64,000 nt of DNA from a virus (taxonomy: Duplodnaviria; Caudoviricetes): the IMG/VR virus record IMGVR_UViG_3300032321_002024, positions 128,001 through 192,000 of that record; one strand, 5' to 3'. A program made the translations under genes and the position numbers. This document shows positions 1 through 8,670 of this stretch, in pieces; positions within the stretch are counted from its first letter, which is position 1; every line of letters starts with the position of its first letter. A model generated the notes under the pieces. The model was given only the letters and a program-made list of their open reading frames with translations. It had not been told where the DNA came from and did not search any database.

Positions 1-2
1 CA

Positions 3-2861
3 TTCTATGGATCTGATAATACATTGTGTAATACGGTTGATTCAAATATCATCGGTGGATCTTGTAATAGCATGACGGCTTCTTACACATCTACTATTGT
101 TGGTGGATATTGTAATAATTTATCTAATGCTTATACATCTATTATTGATGGTGGATTTAGAAACACAATTACCGATGGTGTTTCTAGTTCTGGTATTTTC
201 GCCGGTGGGTGTAACAAAATTTGTGGTGATGGTGATTATAATTATTACTCAGCTATTATAGCTGGATGTTGTAACTTAATCTCAGATGGTAATGAAGGGT
301 CTGTAATAGTGGGTGGTGGTCGTAATTGTATTTGTGATTATTCTTATAATTCTATGATATCAGCTGGATGTTGTAATTATATATGTGATTCTGATAGATC
401 ATCTATTATAGCAGGTCGTTGTAATACAATTTGTTGTTCTTCAGAAGATTCAACAATTATGGGTGGATGTTGTAACATAATGTCATGTACCGATGAAGGT
501 ACTATTATTGGTGGACATCGTAACTGTTTATCTTGTGTTGATTTAGGTTCTGTCATAATAGGTGGACACGATAATATAGTTGGTTATTGTGCTGATACTT
601 CTGGTATTTTTGCTGGATGTAATAACATAATTTGTGGTAACGGTCAATATTACTCAGCTATTATTGCTGGTGAGTGTAACGAATTAATATGTGGTAACGA
701 AGGAGCGGTAATTATAGGTGGATGTTGTAATCATATATGTGATTTTTCTTGTCAATCGGCTATTATTGGTGGATTTGACAACTGTATTATGAATAACAAT
801 GAAGGATCTATTATTTTAGGTGGATATGATAACTGTATTTGTAATGACTCTTGTTTATCTTCTATTATTGGTGGTTGTAATAATGGAATAAACTATTATT
901 CTTGTAAATCATCTATTGTTGGTGGGTCTAATAATGAAATTTGTTGTGATTCAGATAACTCAACTATAATTGGTGGTTTTGATAACTGTATTTATGATTC
1001 TAATAACTCTGGAATAATTGGTGGTTACAACAATGAAGTTTGTAATTCAAATAGATCTGTTATTATTGGTGGTTCAAGTATGACTCTTGATAATGAAGAT
1101 GATACAGTTTTAGTAAATCGTCTTAAAATTGACACTCTACAAAATGGAGCAGGTGATACTAGAATAGTTACTGCTGATAGTGAAGGTAGAATTAGATTCA
1201 GATGTGTATCTGGTTTAGTTCCTGAATTTGGTGGTATCGTAGTTGGTGCTACTGAATCGATGACAGGGTTTATGAACAGTATTTATAACTCTAGTAATGG
1301 TTCAGTTGTTGGTGGTGCTTATAACAGCATGACTGCATCAAATGCGGCTTCAATAATTGGAGGAAATTTTGGAACAGTTAGTAGCTCACCTGAATCAAGT
1401 ATTATAGGTGGTTGTTGTAATTGTATTACTAGCTACTCTTGTGATTCATCAATTATTGGTGGGGTTAGAAACTGTATTGATGATGGTTCTGTACAATCCG
1501 CAATTATTGGTGGATTTTATAATATAGTTGATGGTTCTAATTACTCATCTGTAATTGGTGGTCGTTGTGATGAGGTTTGCAACTCTGGTTTATCATCTGT
1601 TATAGGTGGTTCTAATAACTGCATTGGTAACTCTAATTACTCATCTGTTATAGGTGGACGTTGTAATTATGTTTATAGTAGTAATTGTGTATCTATAATT
1701 GGTGGATATAGTAGCTATGTAGGAGGTGGTTCAAGAGGCTCTTCAATTATCGGTGGTTCTGATAATAATATATACTATGAATCTTGTAACTCTTCAATTA
1801 TTGGTGGTCGAAATAATTGTGTGGATGAATACTCTTGTAATTCTGTTATTATTGGAGGTTATGATAACTTCATTTGTGGTTATGATGAGGATGAGGATTA
1901 TGGTTCTTGTAATTCAACTATTGTTGGTGGTTATAGAAATGAAATACGATATGCTTCATGTTACTCATCAGTTATTGGTGGATGTTGTAATAGAATTTGT
2001 GATTATTCTGATAATTCTGGTATTTTTGCTGGTGGTTGGAATAAAATTTGTGGTTCTGATAAATCAACTGTTGTTGGTGGTAATAATAACCACATTTGTA
2101 ACTCAGAAAGATCTGGTGTTATGTCAGGTCGAGCTAACTGTATTTGTAGTGATTCCGACTACTCATCTATTATAGCTGGTTGTGGTAATGAAATTTGTAA
2201 CGATTCTTGTTTATCTTCTATTATGGGTGGTTGTAATAATACTATTTATGATAATTCTTGTCAGTCTGTTATTATAGGTGGAACTGATAATGAAATTATT
2301 AACAATAATGAAGGTGCTGTTATCTTAGGGGGTTATGATAATCGTATTTGTTGTTGTTCTTCTAACTCAACAATTATCGGTGGTTGTTACAACTATATGT
2401 GTTGTTCTTCAAACTCGGTTATAATAGGTGGAACCGCAGCATCTCTCTATGAAAGAGATAATACTATATTGTTAAATGGTACAACTTGGTTAAATCAAAC
2501 GGTTGAAACATCTGAAGAAGTTACTGTAAGTACTCCAGGTGTTACAGCTAGCTTCTTAGATGGTAGTATTAAATACTTATCATCATTGAGTAATGACTTC
2601 CAAGTTGATTTCACTAACTTCCCTGATCCTGTTATTAATAACTCTGTTATTACTTATACATTAATCTTAAATCAAGGAGCAAGTCCTTATATGATTACCG
2701 ATTTAACTATAAATGGTGGTGGTACAGAAACTATTAAATGGAATGGTGGAAATGTGCCAAGTGGTACAGCAAACCAAGTTGATACAATTGTATTAATGTT
2801 TGTTTATAATAATTCAGGTGTATTAAGTCAAGTATTGGGACAAGTAGGTACATTTGCTTAA
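3..2861 (+). CDS. Cys/Gly-rich repeat tail-fibre/adhesin-like protein (5'-truncated by window edge)
   Basis: Dozens of ~14-15 aa S-x-I-I-G-G-x-x-N-x-I repeats (beta-roll/helix like); C-terminal IKWNGGNVPSGTANQVD domain resembles fibre tips. The frame is open upstream of the TTG at 24, so the real start is probably outside the window. Confidence 0.6.
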   Translation, partial: FYGSDNTLCNTVDSNIIGGSCNSMTASYTSTIVGGYCNNLSNAYTSIIDGGFRNTITDGVSSSGIFAGGCNKICGDGDYNYYSAIIAGCCNLISDGNEGSVIVGGGRNCICDYSYNSMISAGCCNYICDSDRSSIIAGRCNTICCSSEDSTIMGGCCNIMSCTDEGTIIGGHRNCLSCVDLGSVIIGGHDNIVGYCADTSGIFAGCNNIICGNGQYYSAIIAGECNELICGNEGAVIIGGCCNHICDFSCQSAIIGGFDNCIMNNNEGSIILGGYDNCICNDSCLSSIIGGCNNGINYYSCKSSIVGGSNNEICCDSDNSTIIGGFDNCIYDSNNSGIIGGYNNEVCNSNRSVIIGGSSMTLDNEDDTVLVNRLKIDTLQNGAGDTRIVTADSEGRIRFRCVSGLVPEFGGIVVGATESMTGFMNSIYNSSNGSVVGGAYNSMTASNAASIIGGNFGTVSSSPESSIIGGCCNCITSYSCDSSIIGGVRNCIDDGSVQSAIIGGFYNIVDGSNYSSVIGGRCDEVCNSGLSSVIGGSNNCIGNSNYSSVIGGRCNYVYSSNCVSIIGGYSSYVGGGSRGSSIIGGSDNNIYYESCNSSIIGGRNNCVDEYSCNSVIIGGYDNFICGYDEDEDYGSCNSTIVGGYRNEIRYASCYSSVIGGCCNRICDYSDNSGIFAGGWNKICGSDKSTVVGGNNNHICNSERSGVMSGRANCICSDSDYSSIIAGCGNEICNDSCLSSIMGGCNNTIYDNSCQSVIIGGTDNEIINNNEGAVILGGYDNRICCCSSNSTIIGGCYNYMCCSSNSVIIGGTAASLYERDNTILLNGTTWLNQTVETSEEVTVSTPGVTASFLDGSIKYLSSLSNDFQVDFTNFPDPVINNSVITYTLILNQGASPYMITDLTINGGGTETIKWNGGNVPSGTANQVDTIVLMFVYNNSGVLSQVLGQVGTFA

Positions 2862-2877
2862 AAAATAATTAAAATAA

Positions 2878-2991
2878 ATGATAAGTAAATTATCTTCATA
2901 TTTAGGACCAGCATCTCTCTTCAGGTTCATCAGCTCCAAGTTTAGTATTATACAGAATTTCAATGCTACTAAAAATAGATTTGGATTATAA
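2878..2991 (+). pseudogene. Remnant of a LamG/ConA-like phage protein gene (internal deletion)
   Basis: 37-aa ORF MISKLSSY...IQNFNATKNRFGL ends in the QN(F/Y)NATK-RFGL tail typical of phage LamG-domain proteins; an overlapping frame reads SGSSAPSLVLY, resembling their N-terminal LVLY motif. Confidence 0.5.
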
Positions 2992-2994
2992 ATT

Positions 2995-3003
2995 TAATAT
3001 ATA
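2995..3003 (+). promoter_or_regulatory. Putative phage late promoter motif TAATATATA
   Basis: Exact motif 4 nt before the ATG at 3008; recurs upstream of many genes. Confidence 0.6.
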
Positions 3004-3007
3004 GTCT

Positions 3008-4012
3008 ATGATTAAAAGATACTTAGAGTTTATTTCAGAATCAAATGTAGATGAGTTTGATTCATTCGGAAAATGGATAGAATCACTATCAGATGATGAG
3101 TATATTCTAAATATAGTCAATCGTTATATAAATGATTATAATAAACTATATGGTGGAGATGATGTCAATCCTACAATTGATTTATCAAATGCTGTTAATC
3201 TTTTAGATGAGAGAACTCAATTAGAAATAAAACAACAGATTGATGAATATTTACAATCAGGTATACAAGAAAAAGAACCTGTGGTTCTACCATCAACCGA
3301 CACTACTGAGCTATTAGGAGAGTCTATTCAAGCTCAGTCTGAAGTAACGGTTGCTGGTAAAGGAATCTTTACTTCTTTTTTAAAATCATTAACGGCTCTT
3401 GGTCTTAAAGAATCTAATCCTAATTGGTCAAATTGTCCAGATGATTTTTTACTTTATTATTCTTTTCAAAACATACAATCTGAATCAATAAAACAAATAT
3501 TTGGAAGATTTAGATCTCTTGAAAGATACTCACACTTAATAGACTATGGTAAAAATGAACTAAGTCTTTATTTTGGGTTAAATTGTTCAGGACAATTTGA
3601 ATATGGAATCGAATATGATACAAGATTTGCAATTGGTCAGTTTAAACTATCACAATCTGTTATTAAATGGATTTTGAGTTTAGATTCTAAATCAGCTGCT
3701 TCTCTTAAAAAAGAAATAGTTAACTTAAATTATTTAGATATTTTAACACTTGGTCAAATTAAAAGAGATATGTTGACATTCCAACCTGGTTATTTTGAGA
3801 AAAAATTATACCCTATGTTAAGAGACAGAGTTATAACTTTTGGTTTCTATGGAATTGGTCGTTGGGATAACGGAAAATTAGATGAAGGTGAATATCAAAA
3901 TTTAAAACAAAATTTTACAAATTGGTTAATGTCAAAAAAATGGTCAAGTAAAGTTTTAATTAGTGTTAAACCAGAATCTTTCTGGCTTTATTTCCATTTA
4001 AAATTAAAATAA
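3008..4012 (+). CDS. Hypothetical protein with capsid-targeting-like N-terminus
   Basis: 334-aa ORF; starts MIKRYLEFISE. Confidence 0.7.
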   Translation: MIKRYLEFISESNVDEFDSFGKWIESLSDDEYILNIVNRYINDYNKLYGGDDVNPTIDLSNAVNLLDERTQLEIKQQIDEYLQSGIQEKEPVVLPSTDTTELLGESIQAQSEVTVAGKGIFTSFLKSLTALGLKESNPNWSNCPDDFLLYYSFQNIQSESIKQIFGRFRSLERYSHLIDYGKNELSLYFGLNCSGQFEYGIEYDTRFAIGQFKLSQSVIKWILSLDSKSAASLKKEIVNLNYLDILTLGQIKRDMLTFQPGYFEKKLYPMLRDRVITFGFYGIGRWDNGKLDEGEYQNLKQNFTNWLMSKKWSSKVLISVKPESFWLYFHLKLK

Positions 4013-4060
4013 AATTATGAAATTAATTAAACTGTACTCAATAAAAAAATACTTTCAACT

Positions 4061-4423
4061 ATGAGAATTGTAAAAACATATGAGAATTTTAGAGAATTTG
4101 ACATCGACTTTATAATGGCTAAAATAAAACACCATTACTCTGACTATGATATTAAAAATTTAGTTGACGAAGAAATCGAAGAGTTGGTAGATGATAGTAG
4201 CCTTTCTAATATAACACTTTCTTCAAAAAGATTAGACAAAGAAGAAGGATATGAAACTAAAAGAGAGTGGTATGATGACCATGGTAATGGTGAAGCAGAA
4301 GAGTTAGCTACCGAAAGATTAGTTGATTGGTATATAGATGAATTTGGTGAAGAATTAACTGAAGAGCAAAAAGAAGAGTTATCAAAAAAGTTAATTATTA
4401 CTTATGATCTTAAGTCCTTTTAA
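4061..4423 (+). CDS. Acidic hypothetical protein with capsid-targeting-like N-terminus
   Basis: 120-aa ORF; starts MRIVKTYENFRE. Confidence 0.7.
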   Translation: MRIVKTYENFREFDIDFIMAKIKHHYSDYDIKNLVDEEIEELVDDSSLSNITLSSKRLDKEEGYETKREWYDDHGNGEAEELATERLVDWYIDEFGEELTEEQKEELSKKLIITYDLKSF

Positions 4424-4962
4424 TAATTTGAAACAACTCTAACCTTTTCATATTTAGTAAGAAGTTTAAACATATCATTCCAATCCTTTAAAGGATCTTC
4501 AACTTTTTTCTGATACCACTTATTATTGCTAAGATATTCAACAAGCATGCCTACTTTAAAATCTTCCATTTTTGTTGGTTTCCAGTATCTAACCTTTTCA
4601 ACAAAAGAAAAACTCACTCCATTATAAAGATAAGATATATTTTCTTCATCTGTGTTATAAAGTGTAACACCCATTGGTTTTTCTGAACCATCAGAGAAAA
4701 CTTTAGTTACGTCACTTTCTCCAGAATACTTTATAAATCCGCAGTCTTGATGAAAGTGATTTAATAAAAATATTAATTCTTTTCTTAACTCATCATTATT
4801 AACTGGCGCAAAAGCCATTGCTGAATCTTCATATTGGCCTTTATAATATCCTTTAATTGGTATAATTTGAAAGTTCTTTGCCCACAAAACAGACATCATA
4901 TCATCTAAAGAATCAGATGAAATAAGAATAAAAGACAATTTAGGGTTGTTTAAATCTATCAC
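4420..4962 (-). CDS. Hypothetical protein
   Basis: 180-aa ORF with GTG start just downstream of TAATATATA (4967-4975, minus strand). Confidence 0.65.
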   Translation of the reverse strand: MIDLNNPKLSFILISSDSLDDMMSVLWAKNFQIIPIKGYYKGQYEDSAMAFAPVNNDELRKELIFLLNHFHQDCGFIKYSGESDVTKVFSDGSEKPMGVTLYNTDEENISYLYNGVSFSFVEKVRYWKPTKMEDFKVGMLVEYLSNNKWYQKKVEDPLKDWNDMFKLLTKYEKVRVVSNY

Positions 4963-4990
4963 AAATTATATATTAAATTTTGATTTTACT

Positions 4991-6214
4991 TTAAATCAAT
5001 TCAGCTGATAATTCATAGTCAAATATTGACTGAACTATATCTCTATATTTTTTAGGAAACACTAAAGAGTCATGAACTGTTATGATTTTTATTTCAGGAT
5101 TCAATAACATAATCTTTTTAATAATTTTATTATAGATTAAATTAGATTCGGCTCTTTGTAAGTCATGAGCTAATATCTTATGATTACTCCATTCTTTTTT
5201 ATACAATTTTATAAAATGGTGAATTGTTGGAAAAATTGATGAAAATATTTTATCAGATTTAGAATTTACTCTATTATGTCCAAAAAGAACTTTATAAATC
5301 ATTTCTTTTACTTTATTTCTATCTTTTTCACCAATTACTTGCATTATGTATTGATAGAAATTACCATTTGTTACTAATTTTCTAAAAAAATCAAACTCAT
5401 CTTTATTTACCCAAGCTGTTTGACTATCCTTAATTAGTTTACATAAGAAAAGTGGTTGAGAATTGCTAATATCAATTTCACAAGTTTCTTCACCATCAAT
5501 AAGTAGACAGTTTTTTCTTATGAATGATTTTAAAATAGTAAAATTGGTATGTAATCTACCATAGTTATCAAAGTGATAAAAAATATGTTTATCGTTTATA
5601 GATTCAACTGAATAAACATTACGATTGTAAATATCTATATCTTCTTTTTTAAGAAAATTCAAGAAAAGTATACTTCTTTCAAAGTCGATTTCAACACTAA
5701 AAAGATCTGAAATTAGCTTTTCTCTAATTTCTGGTTTAATCGATGATTCGTGTTGTTTGACAAAATCTATAGTATCGTAAATCTTCTTTTTATATTTCTT
5801 TAAAAGAAATTTATCTTCATTCTTTACACGACTAATTTGTTCTTTGAATATAATTGAATTTAGTTCGTATATTCTAGATGTAACTCCAGCTTTATAGTTA
5901 CACTTCATTTTGATAATATTTTTGTAGATTAAAAAATCCACATAAGACTTATACTCATGTCCGTATTTCTGTTTTAGAACCGTAGCGTTAATTGTGAATT
6001 TGTTTTCTTTCTTAAAGTAATACTTAAGTATCATATTATGGATCATATCCACGAGATAAGCTGTTTTAAGTTTTTTATCAGAGAATTGAACGAATTTTAA
6101 TTTACTGATTTCTTCTAAACATTTTGGTAAGAATTGTAATGATTTGGTTTTTTTATCTAATTTTTGAGTTATTGTTGAGCGATAAACTGATTCTAATTCG
6201 TTTGATATTTTCAT
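4991..6214 (-). CDS. Family-A polymerase palm-like protein
   Basis: GRLHTNFT, EIDISNSQP (motif A-like) and ITVHDSLVF (motif C-like); no exonuclease domain evident. Confidence 0.5.
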   Translation of the reverse strand: MKISNELESVYRSTITQKLDKKTKSLQFLPKCLEEISKLKFVQFSDKKLKTAYLVDMIHNMILKYYFKKENKFTINATVLKQKYGHEYKSYVDFLIYKNIIKMKCNYKAGVTSRIYELNSIIFKEQISRVKNEDKFLLKKYKKKIYDTIDFVKQHESSIKPEIREKLISDLFSVEIDFERSILFLNFLKKEDIDIYNRNVYSVESINDKHIFYHFDNYGRLHTNFTILKSFIRKNCLLIDGEETCEIDISNSQPLFLCKLIKDSQTAWVNKDEFDFFRKLVTNGNFYQYIMQVIGEKDRNKVKEMIYKVLFGHNRVNSKSDKIFSSIFPTIHHFIKLYKKEWSNHKILAHDLQRAESNLIYNKIIKKIMLLNPEIKIITVHDSLVFPKKYRDIVQSIFDYELSAELI

Positions 6215-6246
6215 ATAAATTATATATGAAATACGACTTATGGTTT

Positions 6247-6447
6247 TTAGTTAGAAAATATATTTTTGATTGAATTTTTTCGATTTTTTCTTCTTAGCTC
6301 TTTGGCAATATAAATCTCAAAAGAACTCATATCAATATCAGTAAATACCTCTAAGTCTTTAGCCATCTCACGAGTCCAAGAAGCCTTTAATGTTCTTGTT
6401 TGAGCTTTGACCTCAACAGAAGTCATACTAATATCAACCGATTTCAT
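6247..6447 (-). CDS. Mini-protein resembling a fragment of T4 gp23-type major capsid protein
   Basis: VEVKAQTRTLKASWTREMAKDL resembles the gp23 segment AKSRxLKAxY(S/T)xELAQDL; ends RKNSIKNIFSN. Confidence 0.55.
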   Translation of the reverse strand: MKSVDISMTSVEVKAQTRTLKASWTREMAKDLEVFTDIDMSSFEIYIAKELRRKNRKNSIKNIFSN

Positions 6448-7781
6448 TACTTAGTTGGTGTTTCTGGTGATTTAGATTGATCCTCTATTGGAAACTTACC
6501 TTTGCCTTTTTTCTTTTTACCAGTATCTGCCTCTTTTTCAAACTCATCATAAACATCTGGATAAACTTGACCTTCACCATCTGTATCATATTGAATATCA
6601 AAGAAATCACCAAAATCAAGTAAACCAGCTCTACCCAATTCAATTTCTTGAATCTTATTCAGATATTGACCAATATAGTTTTCGATATCATCTACAAATT
6701 TATTAAATAACTTAACTGTATTTTCAGTAAAAATTCCAATTGGCTTTTTTCTCTTTTTATTGAAAGATCCTAAAATTACTTTAAAGATATATTCAAGTTT
6801 ATCGTCTTCTTTAAGATAATCTTTTGTAAGTTTATTTTTAATTAACTCTGTATTTATTTTGAACTTTTCTTTATCAAAAAATTCAGGAACTACAAAGTCA
6901 AAATTAAGCAAATCTTCTTTTACTTCTCCAACATAAACGTTGAATAATTTACAAACTAAATAAATATACATTTCTTCTTTTGTATCTCCTTTTAGTTTAA
7001 TAGATTCTATTTGAACAGACTGACAGAAATTTAAAAAGTTAACCAAAATTAGTGTGTAGATTTCTACAAACTCAGTAGAATTTGAATCACTCATTCTTTT
7101 ATAAAGTGGATTCAATAACTCAAAAGAAATATCTCTTACTGAACTTCTTATGATAAGTTTCTCCAAGTTTTTCTGGAAGTCTTCTTCCATTAAAAATGAA
7201 TTTTCAGAAAGAGGATTTAATATCTTATAGAAAAAATAAGAAAATGATTTATCACCAAAAACATAGTCTAAATCATCTTCAGACGTATTCAGGAAGTAGA
7301 TAATAGCTTCTTTCATAGTCTCAGTCAACTTACCTTGATAAATGACTGGAATCAAATCTACATCAAAAAGTCTTGAGTATTCATCAAGCTCTTCAATATT
7401 AAACTCAAACTTACCGCCTTTGTTAATTGAACTTAGAACTAAATGGTTTTTAGGAACTCTAGCATACTCGATATTAGCTGGCTGTTCATCTGGAAAATAT
7501 TCAAAACAAAACCACCATTTGCGATTAAGTAAACTTTTAACTCTATCATCTAATTCAGAAAAGAATTTTGTTACTGGATTGTAGTAATTTTGCATTGCTA
7601 AATCAATCAAATTGATTGGTTCATTTGTAGTTGACTTTGGTCTTATTTCAAATCCTTGACCATCCCATTTAATCCAAATTTTTGAACCTTGAATATCTTC
7701 TACTATTATTAATTCGTCATTTAAAATTTCATTTAATAACGCTTTATCTTCAGTGCTGTTTAACTTAATTAATTTACTCAT
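6447..7781 (-). CDS. Hypothetical protein, degenerate RNA-ligase-like N-terminal domain
   Basis: IVEDIQGSKI resembles ligase motif I (EKxDGS) without the catalytic Lys; also FCFEYF and IPVIYQG. Confidence 0.4.
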   Translation of the reverse strand: MSKLIKLNSTEDKALLNEILNDELIIVEDIQGSKIWIKWDGQGFEIRPKSTTNEPINLIDLAMQNYYNPVTKFFSELDDRVKSLLNRKWWFCFEYFPDEQPANIEYARVPKNHLVLSSINKGGKFEFNIEELDEYSRLFDVDLIPVIYQGKLTETMKEAIIYFLNTSEDDLDYVFGDKSFSYFFYKILNPLSENSFLMEEDFQKNLEKLIIRSSVRDISFELLNPLYKRMSDSNSTEFVEIYTLILVNFLNFCQSVQIESIKLKGDTKEEMYIYLVCKLFNVYVGEVKEDLLNFDFVVPEFFDKEKFKINTELIKNKLTKDYLKEDDKLEYIFKVILGSFNKKRKKPIGIFTENTVKLFNKFVDDIENYIGQYLNKIQEIELGRAGLLDFGDFFDIQYDTDGEGQVYPDVYDEFEKEADTGKKKKGKGKFPIEDQSKSPETPTK

Positions 7782-7821
7782 AAATTTTGATTTCTGTTTT
7801 TATCAAATTATATATAAAAAG

Positions 7822-8136
7822 TTAGTTTTCTTGTAAAAAATCTAACATCATAGCTATATCATCTTCTTTATTACCCGAAAGTTGGGATTGATTACCACCT
7901 GATTTTAAAAAATCATTGTATATTTTATTGTAGTCATCTTCAAAAAATAAATCACTTGTAAGACTATTCTGAGAATCTGGATTTTTTCTATCAGATACTC
8001 CTAAAAGTGATGTGTGGTCTTTGTTCACAGTTTTATTCTGAGTTCTGGTTTCACCGTAAGCTGGACCAACTGGTCCAACCATTTCGGTTCCTGATATTTC
8101 TTCAATAATAAAATCTTGATATTTTTTAATCCTCAT
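7822..8136 (-). CDS. Hypothetical protein with capsid-targeting-like N-terminus
   Basis: Likely ATG start giving MRIKKYQDFIIEE. Confidence 0.65.
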   Translation of the reverse strand: MRIKKYQDFIIEEISGTEMVGPVGPAYGETRTQNKTVNKDHTSLLGVSDRKNPDSQNSLTSDLFFEDDYNKIYNDFLKSGGNQSQLSGNKEDDIAMMLDFLQEN

Positions 8137-8590
8137 TTCCTCCAACTGTCAATTTTTCAAAATATTCATCGTGTTCTTGTAATGAATATTGATTCTTCTT
8201 AACACTATATATTAAATTATAAAGGAATTTATCTTGTAATTTATGTTTTTCTTCACCTTTCATTATAATAGTTGAAAAGTCTGATTCTATATCATCAACT
8301 ATATTTAGAATTTGTAAACCAATTTTACCATTTCGGTCGTGTAAGTCACAAATAACTTTATAATCTAATTCAATAAGTTCTTTGACTTTTGTTGAAGTTG
8401 CACTTTTAGACAACATCATCCAATCTTTATCTTCTGGTTTATTTACAGTATAGTTATATAATTCTAAAAAACCTCTTTCTCGGTCTGTTAGATTAACTTT
8501 TCTGTATATTTTATCTAAAATTCTATTCATCTCTATTTCTTTTAAAGATTCTCCTAAAAGATAATACTTTATTAGTCTTTTTATTTTCAT
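8126..8590 (-). CDS. Hypothetical protein
   Basis: ATG start MKIKRLIKYYLLGES; GAATATATA motif upstream. Confidence 0.65.
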   Translation of the reverse strand: MKIKRLIKYYLLGESLKEIEMNRILDKIYRKVNLTDRERGFLELYNYTVNKPEDKDWMMLSKSATSTKVKELIELDYKVICDLHDRNGKIGLQILNIVDDIESDFSTIIMKGEEKHKLQDKFLYNLIYSVKKNQYSLQEHDEYFEKLTVGGNED

Positions 8591-8638
8591 AATTATCAAT
8601 CTCCTCTTAATTATATATTCTAAAGAGTATCTTATTTT

Positions 8639-8647
8639 TAATATATA
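8639..8647 (+). promoter_or_regulatory. Putative late promoter TAATATATA
   Basis: Exact motif 23 nt upstream of the 1433-aa gene; a divergent variant lies just upstream on the minus strand. Confidence 0.6.
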
Positions 8648-8670
8648 AGTGTGAAAACTAAAAGTTTTTT

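Noticed and set aside
1726-2175. 149-aa hydrophobic ORF inside the repeat gene
   Set aside because: Alternate-frame artefact of the repetitive ATT/GGT/TGT codon pattern.
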